DNA from: the human T2T-CHM13v2.0 reference genome, Homo sapiens
Length of the DNA: 64,000 nt
Direction: 5' to 3' (one strand)
Assembly (NCBI RefSeq): GCF_009914755.1
Contig: NC_060934.1
Made by a program: the position numbers and the translations under genes
Shown: positions 24,791-36,124 of the stretch, piece by piece
Layout: every line of letters begins with the position of its first letter
Position numbering within the stretch: the stretch's first letter is position 1
The notes under the pieces: generated by a model
The model's database searches: none
Seen by the model: only the letters and a program-made list of their open reading frames with translations
Told to the model about the DNA's origin: nothing

Positions 24791-25181
24791 GACATGCCCT
24801 AGATATAATTCTCAGATCCCAGGCCTGCAGTCATGAGTGTTCCCAGGGTCCTTCTCTAACAGGTCTGGAGAGGGATCGGGGCTTTGAGATGTGCTTTGGG
24901 CAGGACAAATGTCAGAGAGGTACCTTCTTGCCACTGTCCACCAGGGGCTACGAAGAAGCTGTCTGTGGGGTGCAAGGTGGGGGCTAGAATATTAGAGCAC
25001 TGAAAAGAGTGACTCCATGCCCCAATAGGTAATTCAAATACAAGCACTATTAAACCTCAGACACAAAAATTACTGATATGCAGGAAGGAAAATATTTTAG
25101 AAATTTTTTTTCATTGCAAACTTCTGAGTCAGCTCATCATGTTGACTGGACCTGGTTTTGCAGGCACCTTAAACACGTAGT

Positions 25182-25200
25182 TGGTCTCTAGGGGGCAGCT
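25182..25200 (+). promoter_or_regulatory. Candidate CTCF site
   Basis: TGGTCTCTAGGGGGCAGCT compared with the consensus TGGCCACCAGGGGGCGCTA; the core CTAGGGGGCAG is intact. Confidence 0.4.
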
Positions 25201-25434
25201 CCATCTTTCTCCCTGGACAGTGCTATCCTGACCATGCTAATTGGAGAGGTCATTTGGCCTCCGATCACTTCGTGACTGCCCCTCTGCTCTGCTTACCCAG
25301 AATGTAACCCTGGCATGCTTGGGTGGGGACTGTGACTGGGCCACCTTCCCACCTGTTCCTCCATGCATCATCCATGCACCAGGTGTGTCAAGCTCTTTTT
25401 CTAACAGCAGTGGGTGAGACCCAAAGAGAAAGCA

Positions 25435-25907
<473 letters not shown>

Positions 25908-26384
25908 TTATCATCAAAACTGAATATTCCGGACCAGTCTGGGAACGGAGTTTCATGAGAACCCCCAGGCCAGTGCCTGCATGGCTTATGCCCTAGGGAC
26001 CCTCCTACGGGCTGTCTGACAACCAGCGTGGTCTGGACTGGGTTCTGCCTGATGAGAGGCTTCAAATGTTCTGCTAGAGACCCGTTGGAATCCATCGGGC
26101 TTTAAAGAAGCTGCCTGTCCCTCGGTGGCTGGGCACAGTGACATCCTCAGAACAACAAGGAAGGAGCTCATCTTCATACCCAGCATGGAATCCAAGCTTC
26201 TTCCTTGGTCAGCCTCTGGGCACAGCAGAGATTTGCATCTTCAGTGAACCTGGGGCTCTTGGGACCCGCCTGGGGGCCAGCTGTTGCTTTCGGCTGCATA
26301 AGAAGCCAACCTCATGTGGACCAGTCTGTGCACGAAGAGGTCACCAAGGTGGAGGCAAGGCAGGGGTTCCGTGGCCCAAAGTGG

Positions 26385-26530
26385 CCAGCCAGAGCCTCCC
26401 ATTGTGTCTTGGCTATGTGACTTTGGGTGAATCTCTTGGGCCTTCTAAGCCTCTGCCTTTTTCTCGTCTTTAAAAAGGAAATGATAATTCTGTCCTGACT
26501 CTGTCCCATCAAAGGTGGTTGATTAAATAG
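26385..26530 (+). mobile_element. MIR SINE
   Basis: 'ggctatgtgactttgggtgaatctctt..ccttctaagcctctg...aaaaaggaaatgataat'. Confidence 0.6.
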
Positions 26531-26869
26531 CCCTGAGTGCGCAGTTGCCCCTGCTGGTGCTTTCCTCTTCCTTTGGTGTTATCAAGTGAGGCCATGGGAT
26601 GAGCATGGAGGCAAGTTGCAAAGTCAGGATTGGATCGAAGAGTTCACGGAATGAGATGCGTGACCTCACCATGGCCTTCAACACCACATTAAGGTTTCCT
26701 GCCTTGGAATGCTGGTCCCGGGGGAGTTACAGGGAGGCGGGACCTTCTGCCTCAATATGGGTTTGGGGCTAGTATTTCTACATCTCTGATTCTTTACCTC
26801 CACCATTAGCACAGAGGAAATCCTGACCTGTGGCTGCAAAGTGTTAAGGACTCTCTCTGGTGCTTTTAT

Positions 26870-27210
26870 TATCATTGCTGTTGCCTTTTTCTTAGCCATG
26901 ATGGCACCCGAACTGCCTCTTGCGTATTGAAGCTAAACGCTTTTTTCTGTATTAACAAACAGGACTCTTCTGACTCCCCTTGCTTAATTAGGGCACTAAA
27001 AGACTGCCAAGCACTAAGGGTAATGACCACATCAGAAACTTATCCCTGCTAATCTGTACATTTATCATCGTTGCCTTCGTAAATCCACAGTGACTGGTAA
27101 AATCTAAAGTCACTCTCCAATTTATAACTGGAAGAAAGAATTCAGCTAAATGAACCACTGATGCCAGAGAACATGAACCCATCACTATAGAACTGTCAGC
27201 ACCAGGCAGA
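26870..27210. promoter_or_regulatory. Candidate conserved non-coding/enhancer block
   Basis: AT-rich island with no recognisable repeat: cttaatta, taatga, ctaatc, aacaaaca, aatttataa, ctgtca. Confidence 0.3.
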
Positions 27211-27339
27211 GTCGGTGCTCTGAGAGGTGGGGCCCCACCCAGCTCCATCTGAATGCCCAAATGCAGGCTGCTTCTTGGAGTGACTGCTGGTCCACCTGTC
27301 TGCTCCCTGTGTCCTTCTGGAGCAAGTTGGGCCTCCGAT

Positions 27340-27570
27340 TCCCTTAATTACAATGTAGTTTCTCCATAGAACTTAATGCCAGTTGACATATTCTATACAT
27401 GTGTTGTTTATTTACTTCTTGACTATCTCCCTGCACTGAAACACAAGGTCCATGTGGGCAGGACTTTTTCTGTTTCATCCACTACTGTACTGTATTCCCT
27501 TAAATACATCACTCAGAACAGCATCTGGTATGTTGTATGCATCCCATAGATATACATTGAATGAATTAAC
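27340..27570 (+). mobile_element. LINE-2 3' end
   Basis: 'aaggtccatgtgggcaggacttttt..tgtt..actactgta...agaacagcatctgg..atg..ttgaatgaat'. Confidence 0.7.
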
Positions 27571-27611
27571 AAATTTAAAAAGTAGCATCGGACTGGAGGA
27601 CCATTCTATGT

Positions 27612-28014
27612 CTCTTACATACTGAATTGTTTCTCTCCAAATTCGTATGTTGAAGGCTTAACCCCAGTACCTCAGAATGTGACTGTATTTAGAGACACGG
27701 CCTTTAAGAAGGTAGTTAAGTTAAAATTAGGTCATTAGGGTAGGCCTCAATTCAGTATGTTGTTATAACAAGAGATTAGGACACAAAGAAGGAGAGAGAG
27801 AGACGGCAGACCTGTGCGTGCACAGAGGGATGACCGTGTGAGGAAACAGGGAGATGACGTCCATCTGCAAACCCACGAGAGAGGCCTCAGCAAAAACCAG
27901 CCAGCAGCACCTTGCTCTTGGCCTTCCAGCCTCAGAGCTGTGGGGGAGTACACTTCTGCTGTTGAAGCCACCCAGCCGGTGGCATCTGTCATGGTAGCCT
28001 GAGCAGCACTAACA
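27612..28014 (+). mobile_element. MLT1B-like solo LTR
   Basis: 'aaattcgtatgttgaag..ccccagtacctcagaatgtgactgtattt...gagaggcctcag...cttccagcctc...tgaagccacccag...actaaca'. Confidence 0.88.
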
Positions 28015-29579
28015 GAATGTCCTGGCGAGAGCAGAGCACAGCGGGACATCAGGGCCCTTAGGCAGCTCATGGAGGACCCACAGCCCAGGGTCTAGGTGGA
28101 CCAGGTTGTAACTGGGTGGGCTGTTTGACCCGCCTGTCAGCCCGGCATAAGCTTTCTGTCCGCATGGAAAGAGGCGCCCGTGTGAATTGAGACCTCCGTG
28201 CCCCCACAGGCATCTCCAGGTGGGCGCCATCCACCTCCCCAGGCATAGCTTCAGCACTCGCAGCTGGCTTTCATGAACCTGATCCTTTTGCATCTTTATG
28301 ACAGCTCCCCAGGTCAGCATCTCCATCTGCCCTGTGTAACAGACAGGGAGGTAGGGAGGTCCGAGGGTGAATACTGGGTCGTGGGGAATCCAGGGAGGGC
28401 AAATCCATGGTTAAGCCCCATCATTCAGATGTGGCCTGAGGGACTAGAGGCTGCTAGAGGCCATGGGTGGAGACGGCAGCATGGACTTCTCCCACGGAGG
28501 AGTGTCCTCTGCCGGCTGTCCAAGGCCCCTAGGCTTATTCCACCTGGAGAGGGAGCACCAAGCAGCTCAGGCCCCCAAACCCACGATAGTCTGCCTGGGC
28601 TCCTTCCAGGGAGGGAAGGGGACTTCTTCCTGGCAGTGGCCAGGCCCACATGTCTCTGGGGACTGGGCTGGGATCAGGAGAGCTAAAGGCAACAGTAAGA
28701 AGAGTTGAAACAGTAATGTGAATGAGTTGGGCAGTGGTAGCAGGCTACTAAGGGGGATATTTGGGGTCAAGGACCTCCCCAGGGCTCCTCCTATGCACCG
28801 TGAATGGAAGTGCAGGTGCTCTCTGCAAAGAAGACCCAGCAAAGGGAGTGGAAGGGAGGGTACAGCCCCTGGGCCTCCCAAGACTCCAGGTCCCTCCTGT
28901 GCTCTCTGCCTGGGCCTGGCCGCTGGCTGAGGCCGGCCCCATCTCAGGACTATATGTCTGTCTCCATTCTGCTGTGCTCAATGGAAAATTTCCTGCTTTT
29001 TCTGTGTACCAGGAGGTCTTGCTTCATTATTCAGAAAGTCTTTAAGCTGATGCTCAACCTAGTTAGCTGCATTAACATATTTAAATCACAATTAATTGGA
29101 AAATTACAGTAAGGTGTGAAGTGGGAATCATTTCTTTCAAATGAGCATCTCTGCTTGTTGATGAAACCCGAGCCATTTGTTTCTTTCCAGGAAGTCTTCA
29201 GGCCCCCAGCCGGCACGTGTGGGCCTGGCACGTGTGAGCTGTGAGCTGCATCTTGTGGAGAGGTGTCTGCTGCACCCTCACACCCACAGGACCTGGAGGG
29301 CTGAGGCTGGCCCAGCAGCAACAGCAGGTGGGTGAAGGAGTCCCAGGGGAGGCTGGGATCTCACTGGCACCAGGTTTCCTGGGGGATTTCTCGGGGGCCA
29401 TTTGAATGGCAGTGGGTGCTCCTGCTTCAGACCTGGAGAGGCTGGGCCCTGGGCAGCTGTATTCTCCAGGGCTCTGGACACTGTGATGTGGCCTTTCTGG
29501 TGCAGGACACTGAACCCAGCATTCCTGGGGCAGGGGCCCAACTTTCTGGTGTCCCTAAGGCCAAAGCAGATAAACTCAC

Positions 29580-29810
29580 TAGCAACGATGGCGGTAATTG
29601 GGAACACTCATCCAGGACATCCCATCCTGTGTGCTGAACAGGGAGCTAAAGGCATGACCTCACTGAATCCCCCAACGACCTTCAGCAAAGAGGTCTCTGT
29701 GACTGAGGCTGGGAGGGGTCACCCAGCTAGGAAAGTGACCGAGCTGGGATTTGAACCCCGCTGGCTGGTTCCAGAGTCCAGGCAACTGATCCTTTTGTTC
29801 TACTCCTTCC
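29580..29810 (-). mobile_element. MIR SINE
   Basis: 'actgaggctgggaggggtcacccagctaggaaagtgaccgagctgggatttgaacccc..ctggttccagagtcc'. Confidence 0.7.
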
Positions 29811-30401
29811 CACAAAGGCAGTCCAGGTGCTGGCCTATGTGAGCGAGGGCATACACGCAGGCCTCGCTCCTACCCCAGTAAGCCGTGAGGAGGGAGGCAC
29901 GCACACACGTTCTCAATGGTGCAGGCCCCACCACCACCACCACCATGGCAGCTGGACCCTGGTTGGCCACGGGCATCCAGGTCCCATTGCCCACGGTATA
30001 CACTGAGTACATCTTCCTGCAGCCAGAGTGAGCAAAGCCTCCTTCAGGTGGGGAGGGGCCCAGCAGGTGCACAGATGCTTTCCCTTGTAAGGGGCGCCTG
30101 AGCCCGCAGCTAGCACCTAACACCACTGGGCGGGCAGACCCTTGGAGCTAGCGGGCCGCAGTGGCTAAGTATAGCAAGCTTTGGCCTTGCTTCCCCAGAC
30201 CTTGTCTGAATGGGCCTTACACACCACAGGTGCTTATTAAGTGTTTGTCAGGTGTCAGGACTTCCTTCTGATTGAGAGCAAAGGAGGAAGAAGTGTATAG
30301 CTGCCTGTGGGGCATAGCGGGCCTGGGGCAGAGTGCAGTGCAGAGCGCCATGGTGCTCTGGCCGAAGGAGCACCCCCTTTTTTGCTGGGGCCTCACTGAT
30401 C

Positions 30402-30420
30402 TGAGGCCCCCTGCTGGGAA
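30402..30420 (-). promoter_or_regulatory. Candidate CTCF site
   Basis: The reverse complement TTCCCAGCAGGGGGCCTCA contains the core CCAGCAGGGGGC. Confidence 0.4.
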
Positions 30421-30479
30421 GGAGTTGGGGGAGGCACTGCAGACCTTTCCTGTAAATGAGGAAGTGGAGCCGCTGAGGC

Positions 30480-30870
30480 CCGGCCCGGCTCGTGGTGGTG
30501 CAGCAGATAATAAGGTAAGCAGTAATCAGAGGCAGGTGCCCGTGGGAATTGCTCAGTATGGGAGTGTGGGGATTCATTTCCCTTCCTGCAAACAGGATGG
30601 GTAAGTGGCAGGCATTTGTTTTTCCGGATTCTCTCGTTGCCTTGCGAATTTGTTTCCGTCCGAGGCAGCCATGCCTCATTGCATAGCCGAAGGTCCGCCG
30701 GCGTTTCTAGATCTTTAACGCCTGCACAATTAACCAATCGTGTTACGTAATGTGTTCTTGAATGCTCCATTTATCTCGTAATTGAACATTCGTGCTTTCT
30801 GTTGGAGTGCATTGATTCTCACTTTTAAAACTTCCATTTGGAAGTGCAAGCAAGATTTTGGATTGAAGGC
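30480..30870. promoter_or_regulatory. CpG-retaining candidate enhancer (RBPJ, FOX:ETS-like and PAR-bZIP motifs)
   Basis: CGTGGGAA at 30541, CAAACAGGATG at 30589, GTTACGTAAT at 30742, and many CpGs in mixed-composition non-repeat DNA. Confidence 0.5.
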
Positions 30871-31579
30871 TGGGGGGCAGAGGGGCAGGAGGGAGCTCCG
30901 GAAGGGTCGGCCCGCTCCGCAGTCCTTTCTGTTGCCTGCCTCGCTCCCCTCCCGCTGCCTGGCGTGCTCTGCTCGCCTCATTCTCATGTACCCCTAGTAT
31001 TTCTGCGTTTGGAGATGGAGGCGTTGGGGGAGAGAGGGCGAACAGCCTGAGGAAGGGCACGTAGCTGACATGAGGTGGAAAGTGGATCGGGATTCAGGCC
31101 AGGCAGTAGGAGTCCAGAGACAGCTCGTGACCGCCGCAGGACGCTGCCTCAGACGTCTTCATGCTCGGCAAGAGCCTGACACCGGGGCGCTGAGCTCGGG
31201 GTTCACTTCCAAAGGCTTCCTCTCCCTGGCTGTGCACTGCCCCCTCACCCCTTCGCCCCCTTGCTCTGGCAGGGGCAGGATTCTGGCTGGAGGGAGGTCT
31301 GGTCCTCTTAGTAAGTCCTTGTCTTGAGCAACCTCTGCTCTCTCGGCAAACTGCCGGCTCCAGGCTTCCTGCGTGCAGGACCGCCTACAGACTGCACAGC
31401 TCACTCTGATGAGCCCGTCCTGATGCCGAATGAAAGACAGAAATCAATAGTGAACTTGGGGCTCCCTGTGCCCACAAGGCCCAGAAGCTGCCTTCTCAGC
31501 CGACTGTCTTCCAGGCAGAGCTACCTGTGGGGAGAGGTGAAAGATACATGAACTAATGAAACCTCCTGCAGTTTCAACC

Positions 31580-31990
31580 TGCCCATGTGTGCGCCTGTGT
31601 GTGAGTGTGTGTGCATCCCCTCTTGAGTGTCCGTACATGTTAGCTTCTGCATTTGTTCATATGCCTGTTTCTACAAGTACAGATGCACACTTGTATGTTG
31701 CTGTGCATATGTATATATGTCTTAGGTGTGGGTTGATGCGTGCTTATCTATAGATCTGAGTGCCTGTGCATGTTGTGTGTGTGTGTGTGACTAAGGTGTA
31801 TAGTAACTCATGTGAATGTATGGGAATGCAGGTGTGCACAATGCTGATCTATGTATTGGTGATTATCATAGGGCATATGTGCATGAGGACCTGTGAACAT
31901 AGAGTGTGTGTGTATTGCTGGTCTTTGGTGAGTATATTTAAGCGAACATGGGTGTGTGTGTATTATATGCGCCTGCTAATCAGAGAAGTG
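31580..31990. repeat. Degenerate (TG)n/TGCA low-complexity tract
   Basis: Recurrent tgtgtg/tgcatg/tatgtg. Confidence 0.7.
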
Positions 31991-32258
31991 TGACAGGTCC
32001 AACTGCATGAGCAGCAGCTTGTGAGGTGGGCTCACACGAATTTCCCATCTGCATTAGTTACGTATCTGTGGCCTGTGGGAAGAGCTGCCTCCCTGCATAG
32101 CCTTGGCCTTCTTGAGCAGACCGTATCCTGGCCCTGCTCCTCTGTACAGCCTGACTGTGTCATGGGGCCCCGCCACACTACCAAAGATAACCAGTTTCTC
32201 TGTTGAGCAGTGACCTCTGGCTCAAAGACACGAGCTGAGAGGATGGGCGTGTCCTGGA

Positions 32259-32610
32259 AATCATCACACGGACATTCTCCGCGTGGATAGCGCTCTTTGT
32301 CCAATCATTACTGGGACGTTCTCCACGTGGATAGCGCTTTCTGTCCAATAATCACTCGGACGTTCTCCACATGGATAGCGCTTTCTGTCCAATCATCACT
32401 CGGACGTTCTCCACATGGATAGCATTCTCTGTCCAATCATTACAGGGACGTTCTCCACGTGGATAGCGCTTTCTGTCCAATCATCACTCGGACATTCTCC
32501 ACATGGATAGCGTTCTGTGTCCAATCATTACAGGGACGTTCTCCACGTGGATAGCGCTTTCTGTTCAATCATCACTTGGACGTTCTCCACGTGGATAGCG
32601 CTTTCTGTCC
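32259..32610. repeat. Minisatellite/VNTR, 8 x 44 bp
   Basis: Consensus AATCATCACTCGGACGTTCTCCACGTGGATAGCGCTTTCTGTCC. Units start at 32259, 32303, 32347, 32391, 32435, 32479, 32523 and 32567, with no indels. Confidence 0.97.
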
Positions 32611-33219
32611 TACAATCACTGTCTCCTCTCACTGACTGTGCATCATGTCAGTGGTGGGGACTAAAATGAGATGCCACAGCCTCCTACTGTGAGTCTTTGG
32701 GATCACTAGATACAGAGTCCCTGCTGTCCTTCAGCCCCAGGCAGTCTCTGGCTGTTCTCAGATTTCTATGAGGTCCCCTATTGCTCTCCACAGTGCCCCA
32801 CCATTTGGGGTCAGCTGGAGGGAGCTGATCTTTCCCCTGATCCCAGAACACTCGGGCCGGCCAATGTGTGTCCCCCCAGTCTTCCTGGCCAGTAGAACTG
32901 GGGCTCTGGGCCTCCAAATAAGTAGCCTTACTCACCCCTTCACTATTCTGACTTCTTTCCTCTAGCTCAGAAGAGTATGGCTTCAAGAGGTCTCTGTTAA
33001 TTCCAATATCATGGCCAGTGGAGGAGCTATGTGGGTGCATGTGGGCTCCCAAAACGCCACACCCAGACAGCCGGCATGGATTATTCCTGGATCCAGCCTA
33101 ACCATAAAGTCCCCCTTTTGTCTCCTTGTTTACTTATTTCTCTTATACAACTCATTTCTCCAAAAATCCAGTATCTGACATGGCCTCCCTGTAAATACCT
33201 GAGAGGACAAAGATATGTG

Positions 33220-33412
33220 CTCACACATACAGATGCACAGACACACAGACATGTATACAAACATATTCCCACACAGACATACCCACACATACACACACAC
33301 GGACACACACATACATGCACACATGAGTGCACACACATGCATACACACATGTAAACACATGCATGCACACATGAAAACACAGACACACACACACACACAC
33401 GCACACATACAC
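33220..33412. repeat. Degenerate (CA)n tract
   Basis: cacacatac/cagacac/catgcac units. Confidence 0.9.
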
Positions 33413-33721
33413 AGTAAATGCAATATCCAGACCGAAGACTGACAGCCAACAAGATCATGATTCAGGAGGAACTCCACTCCTGGTAAATATGGCAGGTGAA
33501 TTTGGAAAAGCCATTGGTCATCCACTCATGCCTGGCCAATTTTCAACTAGGACAGGCCTCCTGCTTAAAGGAACTCGGAATGGCATCGTGCCCCTCCCTC
33601 ACCCTGGTCCCCAGTTCCAAGGAAATATGCATCCGTGCTTCTTTTGTGCAAGTGCTGATTTTGCACTCACTGCTGGCTTTCCTGGGCCTTGCTTCCTAAA
33701 TCTGGAACAACTCTGTGGGCT

Positions 33722-34256
33722 ACGTTGGTTTCCTAGAGCTGCTGTAAGAAAGCACCATAGATGTGAACCCAGGAGGCGGAGCTTGCAGTGAGCTGAGATG
33801 GTGCCACTGCACCCCAGCCTGGGGGATAAAGCGAGACTCTGTCTCAAAAAAATAAATATAAAAAATAAAAAGCACCGCAGAATGACTGTCTCACAGTTCC
33901 GGAGGTCAGAAGTCTGAAAAGTGTCCACAGGCCATGCCCTCCCTGCAGGCTCTAGAGGAGGAGCCTCCCTTGCCTCTCCTGTCCTTGCCAGCTCTGAGGC
34001 GCTCCTTGGCTTGCAGGTGCATCATTCCAATCTCTGCCTCCACCTACATGTGGCATTGTTCCCATCTGTGTCTCTGTGCTCAAATCTCCCTCTCCTTATG
34101 AGGACACCAGTCATACTGCATTTCGGGCCCACCCTTTTCCACTATAACCTCATCTTAACTTGACTACATCTGCAAAGACCCTGTTTCCAAATAACTTCAC
34201 ATCCACAGGTTCCCTGTGTATGAATTTTTGGAGGATAAACTGTTCAACCCAGTATA
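33722..34256 (-). mobile_element. MLT1C-like LTR interrupted by an Alu fragment
   Basis: 'gtttcctagagctgctgtaagaaagcacca | ...tctcacagttccggaggtcagaagtctgaa...tatgaggacaccagtcat...catctgcaaagaccctgtttccaaataa...ttcaaccc'. Confidence 0.85.
33762..33868 (+). mobile_element. 5'-truncated AluY-like insertion with 13-bp TSD
   Basis: Right-arm 3' part 'tgtgaacccaggaggcggagcttgcagtgag...gactctgtctc' plus an A-tail. TSD AAAGCACCATAGA (33749) / AAAGCACCGCAGA (33869). Confidence 0.9.
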
Positions 34257-35261
34257 TGCGCAAAAAATAAAGTTTAAAAAATGAGTTGCTGTGATATGCT
34301 GTTTGAAGGCAGAACTGAATTGCAGGAGAATCAAGAGACCTCTCCTGACTGCTAGATCGGTATGAAAAGCCAGGACTGAGAAATGTGGAGAATAGAAGCA
34401 TCAAAATGTGTGGAGGTGGGATGGGGCTCCAAGCAGCTGTGTGCAGACAGCCTCCTTCCTTGTCCTCAGGTTGGGAGTGGGAGGCAGGGCAGAGTGTAGA
34501 CTAGGCTCTGTTTCTCTGCCCCCACCAGACCATGTTCTCCCAGGCTCTCATGTGCAGTGGCTGAGACACTGCCGTGTCTTTGCCCCTGGAAAAAGCAACA
34601 TGGCCTTTCAGTCTAGATGGGCAAAGAGTGAGAAGATTCAGATGCCAAGATGTCAACAATACGTGGAGGTAACTGTGCCAGGACAGTTAGGAGATGGGGT
34701 GCTGACAATGGCTGCAGCTGGCAAGATGAAAGACAGAAGGAAGCCTGGCTGTGTGGCAGAACATTCCAGAGGCCAGGAAAGTGCATGTTAACATCACACC
34801 TAAGTGCTCATCAAAAGTGGACTCTCTCATCCATTCAGAGCACACTCCTTCCTCTCCTGGAAAACCCTTCTCATAGTTACACTTCTCAACTATAGGGTTT
34901 GAGCCCATTACTGGGCATATGGGCTTGCACTGTTGTAACGGGGTTGCTTTGCATAGTGTTATCTGAAGAAATGGTAAATATTTTAAATTCTACTCTCCTG
35001 CTCTGTATGGCACTAAATTTTCTTGTTCCTCTCAATTACATCTGACAGGGACAGTAATTTATTCCAGATGTACAAATCAGAACAGGTGACTGTAATTTCA
35101 AGGAAATCCAGTTTTGTGTTATATAGTTTCCCTTAACTTATTCAAATGTTACACAGTCTTTGGAAATGACGTTTAATAATAAATAAGCATAATATGTTCA
35201 TATGAAGTTAAGGAGTTAATTGTATGAAAGGAACGTCCACAGAGTCATGCTTATTTCTAGA

Positions 35262-35487
35262 ATCATGTTTATCAAACATTTTAAGGGCAATCAGAGTAAG
35301 AAATACATTTCACATCATGACCCAGCACTCAGTGCTGACGTACTTGAAATAAAAATCTGAAAAGACAATACTTATATGAAATGCGTTTTGATTCTTATCT
35401 CTTGCCTATTGTTGTTTTCTAAAACGCTGGCCATGACCTATTAAATTGATTTCATAGCCCACATGGCTCATATAGTGGAAAACATTT
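35262..35487 (-). mobile_element. hAT-Charlie DNA transposon relic (Charlie4-like)
   Basis: 'aagaaatacatttcacatcatgacccag...acaatactta...gctggccatgacctattaaattgatttcatagccca' resembles the Charlie4-type terminus. The subfamily is uncertain. Confidence 0.55.
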
Positions 35488-35591
35488 GTTAACATTCACC
35501 TATAGTGTTGTTGTAACATTCACATATAGTGTCACCTATAGTGTTGTTGTAACATTCACATATAGTGTTAAACATTTGTTTAACATTCACC
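35469..35591. repeat. Nested tandem duplication (exact 36-bp x2 at 35496-35567)
   Basis: tcacctatagtgttgttgtaacattcacatatagtg x2, bracketed by near-identical 'catatagtg..aaacatttgtt(t)aacattcacc' copies. Confidence 0.9.
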
Positions 35592-36124
35592 ACTTTGGTA
35601 AGTTTCTCCCTCTTGCAAATATTTCTCTAGGCTCAGAATTAAGACTAGCGCTTATAGAAGGAAGGAAGGTTCTGGTGTACTAATTTAAATTAGATTTATG
35701 ATGAAAAACACCTTCAAGAGTATTATTTTCCTCCAAAAGATGTTTCTAAGGCAGATCACAAATAATTAAAGGGCAATCTTTTATGTGCTTTCTTCTTTCT
35801 CCAGATTAACAAAGGCTGAGCAGGCGGAGGGCAGTTGAACAATGATGTCTCGCTGAGCCCTCCAGCGCTCTGCAACCACCTTCCCCAGCTCTGTTTGAAC
35901 TTTCAGGAAAGAGTGAAATTCTCACTAGTAACATTGGTAAATAGTGTGTGCCTCGGCAGCAGGGACTTTTATGTGTGATACAAGCATGGCCAACACCATA
36001 TTTAGGCAAATACAGGCAATAACCCCTCATGGACAAAGTGTGCACGTAAAATAGAGGATAATCCAACTTCCTCCTTTCTTCCGTTTATCCCTAATTTTCC
36101 TCTTTCTTCCTTCTACAACAACAG

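Noticed and set aside
32259-32610. CRISPR-like appearance of the 44-bp array with an internal palindrome
   Set aside because: Units are head-to-tail with no unique spacers, there are no cas genes, and the context is primate genomic DNA. It is a minisatellite.
32259-32610. ER-stress element (CCAAT-N9-CCACG or ATTGG-N-CCACG) in the VNTR
   Set aside because: Spacing is N17 on the + strand and N14 on the - strand, which matches neither ERSE form.
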